In this document: positions 42,721-52,126 of the stretch, one piece after another | How positions within the stretch are numbered: the stretch's first letter is position 1 | Layout of the letters: each line of letters opens with the position of its first letter | Assembly (NCBI RefSeq): GCF_000315625.1 | Contig: NW_005434581.1 | Location: 36,713-88,838 of the forward strand | Direction of reading: 5' to 3' | Length of the DNA stretch: 52,126 nucleotides | Source of the DNA: Guillardia theta CCMP2712 | Lineage: Eukaryota > Protista > Cryptophyta | Notes under the pieces: model-generated | Seen by the model: the letters and a program-made list of their open reading frames with translations, nothing else | The model's database searches: none | What the model was told of the DNA's origin: nothing | Program-made: the position numbers and the translations under genes

Positions 42721-43153
42721 TAGTATACCCGCTACTAGGCACAGGTTGCTTACCCTCTTCCCCCAACTGACCAATTAACGGAAAAGTTGTTGGTGAACAT
42801 GAGCCCTGCCCGCCAGCAGCCTGGTGAACATGGGGAGACAGGTAAGATGGAGGGAGGAGAGAAGATGGGAGATGGAGGGAGGAGAGAAGATGGGAGATGA
42901 AGGGAGTCGATCGGGTTGGTCATACTAGATCATATTTGATACATAATGAAATTTACAGAGGGAACTCAACATGAACTAATTAACATCAACTACTTGAGAT
43001 GCTTCAGCCTGACGATGTCTGGCAGATTGAAGGAGACAAGATGCCAGCTTGTGATTGATCGTGTGCGAGCATACCGATGATGGAGCATGACATGACATGA
43101 CATGAACTGAAGTAGAGGCGACAAGGCTAGGTGGGAGCAAGACCAAGCAAGGG

Positions 43154-46100
43154 ATGTCGTCACCGCAAGCCTTGCCCTCGAGCGACGAGAAGCAGGCATG
43201 GCAGAGCTCTATGCCGCTCTCGCCTCGGTCCGAGGAGTTCGCATTGCATCTTGGCATCGACTTGAACGAGGAGGAAGACAGAACTCACGCCTGGATCGCT
43301 GTGAAGGCAGTGAGAGCGCCTCTTCCCGACGGCTGGTCTCAGGTGCTCCATCCTCCTCATCCCCACACCTGCTGACCTCAATGTGCAGCACGAGGACGAC
43401 GAGGGGTACATCTACTTCTACGATGCCGTCCTTGACAAGTCGTCGTGGGAGCATCCCATGGAAGCTTACTGGAAGCGAGTCCTTAACGAGGAGAGGAGAA
43501 AGATCCAACGATCGAGGGAGCTCACTGACCTGCAGCAGAAAGTTTCTGCCGGCATTGAAGCTGGGGGACAAGAAGTGGAAGAGATGGTCAGAGAGATGAA
43601 GGCCAAGTATCTCAAGAATGACATCGCAGAGATGGAAGCACAGATTGAAGGCATTAGGTCCCGCCCCTGCCCCTGCCCCTGCTCCTGCTCCTACTCTTGC
43701 TCTTACTCTTGCTCTTGCTCCTTCTCCTTCTCCTTCTCCTTCTCCTTCTCCTGCTCCTGCCCTCAAACTCTTTTCACCTTGTTGTCTTGCCAACCCCCCT
43801 TCTTTGCGTAGCTTCTAAGCTGCAATATGCGGCATGACAAGTGCTGGCGCAGGTCTCAGATCGATGCGATCCAAGCGAACCTCGGGGAGAAGAGGGAGGA
43901 GGAGAAGGCGACGTCGAGGGCGATGCTGAGGAAGCATGCGGAGCGACTACAGGCTGAGTTACGGGAGAAAAGTGCGACGCTCAAGGAGATGCTGAAGAGC
44001 CTGCAGAGGTTGTTCACAGAGGAGGAGGAGGAGGAGGAGGCAGCGGCAGCTCCTCAGATCACTCCAGACTCGCTGCACGAGATGTGCATCTTCTTGGGTA
44101 TCGACGTGTACAAGGAGCCTCATCTCATCCACATCGCTAGCGAGGCCCTGGAGGCGCCGCTGCCGGAGGGATGGGAGGAGCTGGTGACGGATGAGGGGTC
44201 CATCTTCGTCAACTCCATCACTGGCGAGAGGAGCGAAGAGCATCCGCTGGATGCGATCTTCCTGACGCGGGTGGAGGAGGAGCGAGAGAGGCTGCGGCAC
44301 CTGGAGGGATCGCTCTATCACGACGCCTGGGTCAAGTTCCGAGACGAGGAGGGCGTCGCCTACTTCTACAACTTCCGCTTGCAGGAGATCTCCTTCGATG
44401 CCCCCCGACAGCAGGGAGCTCGCGGCCATCGCCATCCAGTCTCGCGTGCGCGGGATGCTGACGAGGACGAGGATGGAGCAGCAGGGGAGGAGAGTGCTGC
44501 GAGTGAAGGCGGCGAAGTTGTCGAGGAGGAAGCAGGTGCTCAGGGCGAGGCTGCAGCAACTTGCACTGGGAGCTGAGATGACGGAGGAGCTGCAGAAGCG
44601 CTTGAGGGAGGAGAGCGCACGAGAAGCGCCGAAGGAGTCCAAGGAGGAGAGGGAGCTGGAGGATCGCAAGAGCATGCTGGAGGCCTGGAAGATCAAGTTC
44701 GTCCTCCGCGAAGAAAGCGCTGCCAGGATTCAAGGGGCTGTGCGAGCATGGAAAGCTCGTAGGGAGCTCAGAAGGAGGAAGCAGAGGCGAGAGGCGAAGG
44801 CTCAGGTGCTGCAGGCTTCATGGAGGTGTCATCTGGGAAGAAGGGAGGTGGATGAGAGGAGGAGGTTGCTTCAGCTCGCTGCTGCGGCTCGCAGGCGTCT
44901 GCTGCGAGCCGCTACTATCCAGAACGCCTTCCGCTGCCATTGGGCTCGCAAATTGTTTCAACGCCGAATTGAGGAGGAGGAAGAGGGAAGGAAGGAATCG
45001 CTAAGGCGGGCTGCTGAGACGATCAAGTCAGCTGCTCTCCGTCTCCTCCACCAGCAGGCGTATCGGATGTTGATGGACAAGCTGGAGAAACAAGCCAAGG
45101 AGGAGGAAACGAGCGACGGAACCCAACAGCAATACCAGGAGCAGCAGGAGCAGGAGCAGGAGCAGGAGCAGCAGCAGGAGGGAGATGAAGGCGGGAGGGA
45201 TGTGAATCGCTTGGTCATCGTTAGTCGAGCTGCTACACCGCGATCAGTTTCTTCCTCTGCTTCCAGCCGTGATGACCCTTCTGGCATGCACAGGATGAGC
45301 CAAGGGGGAGGAGGATCCGGGGAGGAGGGAGAGAGGAAGGAAGAGGAAGAAGAGAGGAAGGTGGAAGGAGAGAGGGAGGATCAAGGAGAGAGGGAGGAGG
45401 GAGGAGGAGAGGAGAAAGCAGCACAGCATCATGCTGTACCTCATGCGACTTTCTCTCCTCATTTGATGCCTGAGCCGGTGACTCTCGTCCTCGACATGGA
45501 GTTCGAGGAGTGGGGGGAGGAGGCAGAGGCGAAGCTGAAGCAGACGTTCTGTGCCATCGCTCCGCTCCTCTCCCCTCACGACATCGAGATCGTCCGCGTG
45601 AACCCAGGCAGCGTCGTCCTCTTCTTCCTCCTCCACCATGAGCTCTGGGTCCAGGCGCTTGACGCGCTGTGCCGTGACCTGCTGCTGGGAGATGCGAGCC
45701 AGCTAAAAGCTTCGCTACTCGCGGTCAGTATGGACGTTCCTTTCCTCCTGCCCTCCGTCTTGCAGCAGCAGACACAAGGGACGGGGCCTTGGAAGGAGAA
45801 AGAGCAAGCGAGCGAACCCAATGAAGCAGATGCGACCGAGAGCGAGGAGAAGCCCGAGCTTGACAAGGAACAAGCTCGCGGCGAATATGCTGGGAATTAC
45901 ATGGAAGAGCAGGAGGCAGCGAAGGAGGAGGCAGCGAAGGAGGAGGAGGCAGCGAAGGAGGAGGCAGCGAAGGAGGAGGAGGCAGTGAAGGAGGAGGAGG
46001 CAGCGAAGGAGGAGGAGGAAGCGAAGGAGGAGGAGGCAGCGAAGGAGGAGGCAGCGAAGGAGGAGGCAGCGAAGGAGGAGGCAGCGAAGGAGGAGGCAGC

Positions 46101-49100
46101 GAAGGAGGAGGAGGCAGCGAAGGAGGAGGCAGCGAAGGAGGAGGCAGCGAAGGAGGAGGCAGCGAAGGAGGAGGAGGCAGCGAAGGAGGAGGAAGCAAAG
46201 GAGGAGGCAGCGAAGGAGGAGGCAGCGAAGGAGGAGGAAGCAAAGGAGGAGGAAGCAAAGGAGGAGGCAGCGAAGGAGGAGGAAGCAAAGGAGGAGGAGG
46301 CAGCGAAGGAGGAGGCAGCGAAGGAGGAGGAAGCAAAGGAGGAGGAGGCAGCGAAGGAGGAGGCAGTGAAGGAGGAGGAGGCAGCGAAGGAGGAGGAAGC
46401 AAAGGAGGAGGAAGCAAAGGAGGAGGCAGCGAAGGAGGAGGAGGCAGCGAAGGAGGAGGCAGCGAAGGAGGAAGCGGCAGCTGTGACGAAGGAGATGAAG
46501 CACGAGGAAGGGGAGCAAGACGGGGAGGCGAAGGAGGAGGAGCATAGCAGCAACCCTCACTTGCCAGCAAGTCTGCATGAGCAGCGTGGAGACATTGGAA
46601 AACAAGTGAAGGGCATGGACGAGAGTGACCAAGAGGACAGGAGGAGATGGATTTCATCAGCTTCATCATATCCACCTTCCTTGGCGTCCTTTCCTCCCCT
46701 TCCCGAAGACAGTGAGTCCTCTCACTCCTCCTCTCTCTCACTCCTCTCACTTCTCCTTCTTGTTCTTCTTCTGCTTCTCCTTGTCCCTCATGGTCTCCCA
46801 GGCGCCTCTCAGGTCGGATCCTCCACCAGCTCTGCTCGCGAGGAAATCGCAGACGCCGTTGTCTCTTTCATGGAAGGAGCGCTGGCAGAAGCTGAAGAGC
46901 TGGAGAAGGAGAAGAAGGGAGAAGGAGCAGAAGGAGCAGAAGGAGCAGAAGGAGCAGAAGGTTCCCGTTCTCTCAGGTCTGTTGGTCATGCGTGTCCAGT
47001 CAAGATGACAAGAGAGCAGGAGGAGCAAGACCGAGCTCAGCTCCCTCCCGCGCGACCATGGCAAGAGGAGGCGAGAGGTCCAAGACTGCAAGGTCAACTC
47101 ACTCACTCGTGCTCTTCAATACCTTGCCGCTCTCTCGTCCTTCCCTCTCCCCCCCTCTACGTCTTCCTGCTCCCCGGCTCTGCTGCTGGTGTTGACGTCT
47201 TTCCTCCCGTAGTGCGTACCGACGTCCCTCCACCTCCCGCGTCTCTTCTCGCTCTCCTCGCCCCGTCACCTTGTCCGCTCGGCGTCGCGTGGGAGGCAGG
47301 AAGAGGAAAGAGGAAGAAGAGAAGCAGAGCGAGCCCCTTGCTAGCAAGGGTGACGAGAACCAGAGCACGCAGCGACCGGTAAGACCCCAGGAGGAGGACA
47401 AAGGGGAAGAGAATACGCAGGAGCAGCAAGAAAACCAACAGCAGGAGCAGCAACTGCTGCAACAGGATGAGCTGCAGCCTCAGCTGCAACAAGAGGCTGA
47501 GGAGGAGCAAAAAAGAGAGGAGGAGGAGGGGGAGGGGGAGGGGGAGGAGGAGCGAGCAGCAACAACAACAAGATCAGCAGCAGCAGCAGCAGCAGCAGCA
47601 GCATGGCAAGCGTCATCATCATCATCAGAAGGAGGAGCAGGAGCAACAAAAGGAGCAGCAGCTGCTGCAGCAGGAGGAGGAGCAGCAACAAGAGGAGGAA
47701 GAGCAGCAGCAGCAACTACATGACAAACATCAATACAATCATCAGGAGGAGGAGCAGGAGCAACAACAGGAGCAGGAGGAGGAGCATGGGGAGGAGGTAG
47801 AGGAGGGAGGAGAGGGGGGGGACGGAGGTCAAGACTTGAAGACACTCTCGGATCAGATTTCACTCTCGAGCTGGAGATGAGCCTTGAACGCTCGCTTGCA
47901 GACAGGGGGCCTCCTGCTCTTAACCCGCAGCCTCCCCGGTCGTCGTCGCGACGAGCTCGCTTTGCTGACACGCTTGCTGAAGACGTGGAGGAAGGGAAGG
48001 CAGAGGGCATGGAGGAAAGTCTTCTTTCTCTCGCTCCTACTGACCTCGGAAGCTCCCTTGCCAATAGCAGGAGGAAGGAAGAGGACCGACAGTTGACCCT
48101 GGCTGAGGAAGAGCACGAGGAGGAGGGAGGGGAAGGGGAGGAGAACAAAGAGGAGGAGGAGCAGCAGGCGGAGGAGGAGCAGGTGGAGACGCAGGAGCAG
48201 GAGCAGGAGGAGCATCAGCAGCTTCATGAGCGGCAGGACGAGCACGGGCAGGGGCAGGAGAGCTTGGTCGTGCGATCGGTGATGGGGAGTGGGATGGGGA
48301 GGAAGAGATATATGAGCAGTCTGCTCCCTCTGAGCGAGTGCGAGGAGGAGGTGCTGGTGAAGATGGCGGAGGCGATGGGGGTGAGGGAGGAAAGGAGGAG
48401 GTCGCGAGGAGACTTGACCGCTGCCATATGCGAGGAGGAGGCAAAGCGTGCGAAGCTGTGCACGAGGCTACAGGCCATGTACCGAGGAGGCAGGACAAGG
48501 GAAGGGCTGCGGGAGAGAGTGCTGGAGTGGAGGAAGGAGATGGCAGTGCGCGTGCTCGAGCAAGAGATGTCTTCCTCGCGAGCTACTGGAGCTGCTGTTC
48601 TGCTTCAGCGAGTCATGCGGGGCCACAAGGGGAGGGGAGAGGCGAGGCAGGCGAGGAGGCAACGGCAGAGGAGGGACAACGAGGCGCAGGAAGCAAGAGT
48701 GGCGTACTGGAAGAGCAAGTGCATGCAGGAAGCGCTGCTGCTGACTCGAGTGGCTCGCGGTCACGTGGGGAGGAAGGAGGCGAGGAGAAGAGCAGAGGCG
48801 AAGGAGCGCGAGAGACAGCTGGAGCTCTTCGACCTGCAGGCGCGTCAGGAGCTTGACTACGAGTTCGACCCCGAGGAGGACGACGAGGACGACAGCAGGC
48901 ACGAGGACGAGGAGGAGGCGTCGGACTTCGGGGACGAGGCCTCGCCGAGGAGGATCACGAGCTGGTACGCGAAGCTGCTGCAGCCTGACGCGTCCATGGG
49001 GTCAGACGTGGAGGCAGCGGCAGCTCGGGGGGTTCAGAACGCTTTCCGGATGCACCTGGCGAGGAGAGCGATGGCAGTGAGAGAGAAGAGGAAGAAGAAG

Positions 49101-51578
49101 CAAGAGCTGACGCTGCGCGAGCACGCGGCCTCCAGCATCCAAGCAGGCTTCAGGTACGCGAGGAGGAGGCGGACGGAGGCGAGACGGAGGATGGAGTCGG
49201 AGCTCTTCGATGTCCGGCAGAGGAGCGCTCTGCGCATCCAGGCGCTGCTGCGAGGAGGGATGCTGAGGCTGAGGCTGAGGAGGAGGAGGAAGGCGGAGGA
49301 GCTCTGGGCGGAGGAGCGAGAGCTGATGGCGGCGGTGAGCATGCAGTCACTGGCGCGAGGCTTCCTGGAGAGGAGGAGGGTGCAGGCGCGCAAGGAAGAG
49401 CGACTGTCAGTGCTGCTGGTGCACAAGTCGGCGGCGAAGATTCAAGCGAGATGGAGGGGGGCGATGGCTCGGTCGAACAAGGAGAAGCTGCTGCTGGAGA
49501 GGAAGAGGTACCACGAGGAGCTCGCGCAGCAGCAAGAGGAGGCCAAGACGCTGGTCGCGATTCTCCTCCAGTCCACATACCGGGGCCACCTGGGGCGAGA
49601 GCTGTACAGAGAGAGGGTGATGGAGGAGGAAGCGAGTCGACGGATGAGCTTGAGGAGGAGGAGGAGAGCGGCAGTGATGTTTCAGAGCCTTTTCCGCGGT
49701 TTCATGTACCGCAACAGGAGGAGGATGCAGGCGAGGCAGAGGCGAGAGAGCGCTGCAGCTACTCAGGTGCAGCGAGTGCTGCGAGGACACGCGGGGAGGA
49801 ACGAGGCGTCGCGGCAGAAGTTCCTCCTCCTCTTCGGTCACATGTCCGTCTCCGTCTCTCTCCTCGCCAACAACTACAGGATGCACCTCGCAAGGAGGCG
49901 ACGACGCGCGCTGCTGGAGAGGACAAGGATGTCGGCGGTCGCGAACATGCTGCAGAGCGTGTACCGAGGGCACGTGGGGAGGAGGGAGTACAGGAGGAGG
50001 GAGCATGAGCGACACAAGCTGGCCTGCTTCCTCCGCTTGCAGTGCGCCATGCGGGGCCATATGGCTCGCGCTATCTTGAGGAGGAGGAGGGATGTGGCGA
50101 GAGAGCAGCTGATGGCTGGGAGGATCCAGCGAGTCGTTCGCGGGCATGCGGCAAGGAATCAGCTGCGAGAGTTCGTAGAGAAGCTCAGCTGGGAACGAGC
50201 TGCCGGGATGGCGACGAGGCTGCAGCGAGTGTGGAGGGGACACGTGGGACGAGTGCGAGGGAGGAGGGAGAGGAACAAGCAGAGAGCTCAGGTGGACCTG
50301 GACTGGCTGGCGGAATACACGAGGAGGCTGGAGAAGGTGAGCGAGGAAGAGCACTGGACGCTTTTCCGCTCGCATCTCTCCGTCATCGCCAGCAAGGTAG
50401 AGCAGCTGCTCTCCTCCATGCTCGCGGGGGACCTCGCCGCCTCCCTCCCGCCCCCAGACGACGAGGCTGAGCAGAGGCGGGTAGAGGAGCCGTTAGGGCA
50501 GCTCGTGCCGGAGCTCCGCAAGGCACTGGAGGAGATGGCAGGGGAGGTGGAGGCGACGCGACCCTGGAACGTGGGGAAGGCGGAGAGAGTCGCGCAGGAG
50601 CTGGTGGAAGTGGCAGAAACTACTCAAGAGACGCTGAGGAGAAGAAGGAATGCGGACAAGGAAAGTTCTGCGAAGAAAGACTTGCTGGAGGAGGAGGAGG
50701 AGGAGTCAAAGCAGGAAGAGGTCAGGCAGATTGTGCCTGAGTACTACAAGCAAGCGGCCTCACGCTCGGGAGACAACGAGGCGCAGGAACGGAAGAGGAC
50801 AGGGAAGGAGGCGAAGGAGACGAGGGAGGTCACGAGGAGGGGAGGGGAGAAGTCGGAGGCGCTGCAAGAGATCGTGGCGAGGCAGGAGCAAGACGAGACG
50901 CGGGTGCAAGGACAAGACCTCCGCATGCCTGCACCTGGCGAGCTGAAGCAGCACGGGCGTCGAGACCCCGTGCTGCTGGGAGGCTTCTCGGAGAAGAGAA
51001 AAGCCAAGAAGATGCGAGAGACGAGCCGTTTGCCTGCCGACATCCCGCGAGGAACGTTCCCTCCCCGAGGTGCCTCCTCCTCCTCCTCCTCCTCCTTTCT
51101 TGTCGAGCGAGAGACGAGGACACGAAGAAGCGCCGCCCTGTGGGCGTCAGAGCTTAGCAAGGAAGCAGCTCGCAAGCCCAGAAGCTCCGCCCTAGCTGAC
51201 TCCATGGCCCTCCTCTCCCCTTACAGCCAAGGTGGAGGACGAGCGAAGTCAACGGGAAGGAGACGTCAAGCAGCGGAGGAGGAGGAGGAGGAGGAGGAGG
51301 AGTACGGACGGCAGATGTCAGCAGGAGAGCAGCGGTCCTTGGAGGAGGTTCGGCGTATCCTCAACGACTCGAAGTTGATCATGAACGTCAGCCCAGCGCT
51401 GCTGGAGGAGACTCCAGCTCCAGCTCCGGAGAGCATGTTGCCTCGCCTGCCGCAGACAGACAGGAGGAGGAGGAAGAACTACCAGGAGAGGGGCAACGAG
51501 CAAGTGAAGCTTCCGAGCCTGTTCATGAGCTCCGGCACCCCCGAGCTCATCGACCTCTCCGGGCCCTTCGCGATGTGA
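43154..51578 (+). CDS. Very large protein with tandem CEP164-type WW modules, many IQ calmodulin-binding motifs and Glu/Ala/Lys-rich repeats (multi-exon, one apparent frameshift)
   Basis: [31 protein letters not shown]|[18 protein letters not shown], a second [31 protein letters not shown] module and a third WW-like [16 protein letters not shown]. Many IQ motifs follow ([38 protein letters not shown]). It could be two adjacent genes. Confidence 0.8.
45910..46480 (+). repeat. Coding tandem repeat (KEE(E)AA)n
   Basis: 15- and 18-bp units AAGGAGGAG(GAG)GCAGCG within ORF 44398-47382. Confidence 0.92.
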
Positions 51579-52126
51579 GGGAGAAAGGAAGAAAGTAAAC
51601 ACCCGCTCTGATGTCAAACTCCTCCTTTACCACCACTGACACCATCTCCTCCTCCTCTCTCCTCCTCCTCTCTCCTCCTCCTCTCTCCTCCTCCTCTCTC
51701 CCTTCCTCTCTCTCTCATCTCCTTCGCTTCGCCGGCGGCACCTGCGAGAGGTCAGCGACGAGCCTCACGAGTGGAGCAAGACAGCAGGAACCTCGTTCGT
51801 GTCTTGACAGACGAGGAGAGAGCCGTGCTGTCATGCCGTCAGCCTCCCCTCTTCCTCTTCCTCTCCTTTACCTGCCCGCCGAACTCAATCGCGATGGCTC
51901 TCCCTTGCAGATGCGGAACCAGTTGAGGTTGCTGCACGTTGGCGTGAGATGAGGGTCAAGAGCAGCTAAGGCGAGAGCGAGAGGAGGAAGGAAGAGGAGG
52001 GAGGAAAGGAGGAGATGAGAGATGATAATCATGAGCAGGAGGGCGGAGGCGGAGGAGTAGGTGGGGAGGAGCGGGAGCTCACGTCTCTTGTTACGGGGAG
52101 TGGCTGGGACGCAGCGCGGGGGGGGG

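Noticed and set aside
45715-46750. Long antisense ORFs ((LLLRC)n, (PPPSL)n, (SSFAA)n)
   Set aside because: They are shadows of the plus-strand KEEAA repeat.
51611-52126. Possible 3' end of a minus-strand gene at the right edge
   Set aside because: The evidence is insufficient for a frame or product.

Overview
Eukaryotic, intron-rich, GC-rich scaffold window with three N gaps. Short introns (about 45-170 nt) packed with (GGA)n/(CTCCT)n/(CAG)n microsatellites, multiple RWP-RK genes and GC-rich intergenic patches suggest a cryptophyte-like alga (inference only). Recognisable host genes are a multi-exon aspartate aminotransferase (-), three RWP-RK transcription factors (two forming an inverted pair that shares a 716-bp near-identical tract), an alpha/beta hydrolase (+), two ankyrin-repeat proteins, a PCIF1/CAPAM-like cap m6A methyltransferase (+), and a giant CEP164-type WW plus multi-IQ protein (+). 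The main accessory feature is a roughly 9.5-kb nest (about 32.8-42.4 kb) of 5'-truncated CRE-like RLE non-LTR retrotransposon copies that have repeatedly inserted into one another with 6-7 bp target-site duplications. Comparing these copies shows recurrent 2-8 bp micro-insertions that appear to convert ordinary sequence into the peculiar GC-rich patches found throughout the intergenic DNA. A decayed, TGA-riddled fossil ORF with candidate terminal inverted repeats lies between the inverted RWP-RK genes. Exon structures and alignments were read by eye, so boundaries are approximate unless stated.
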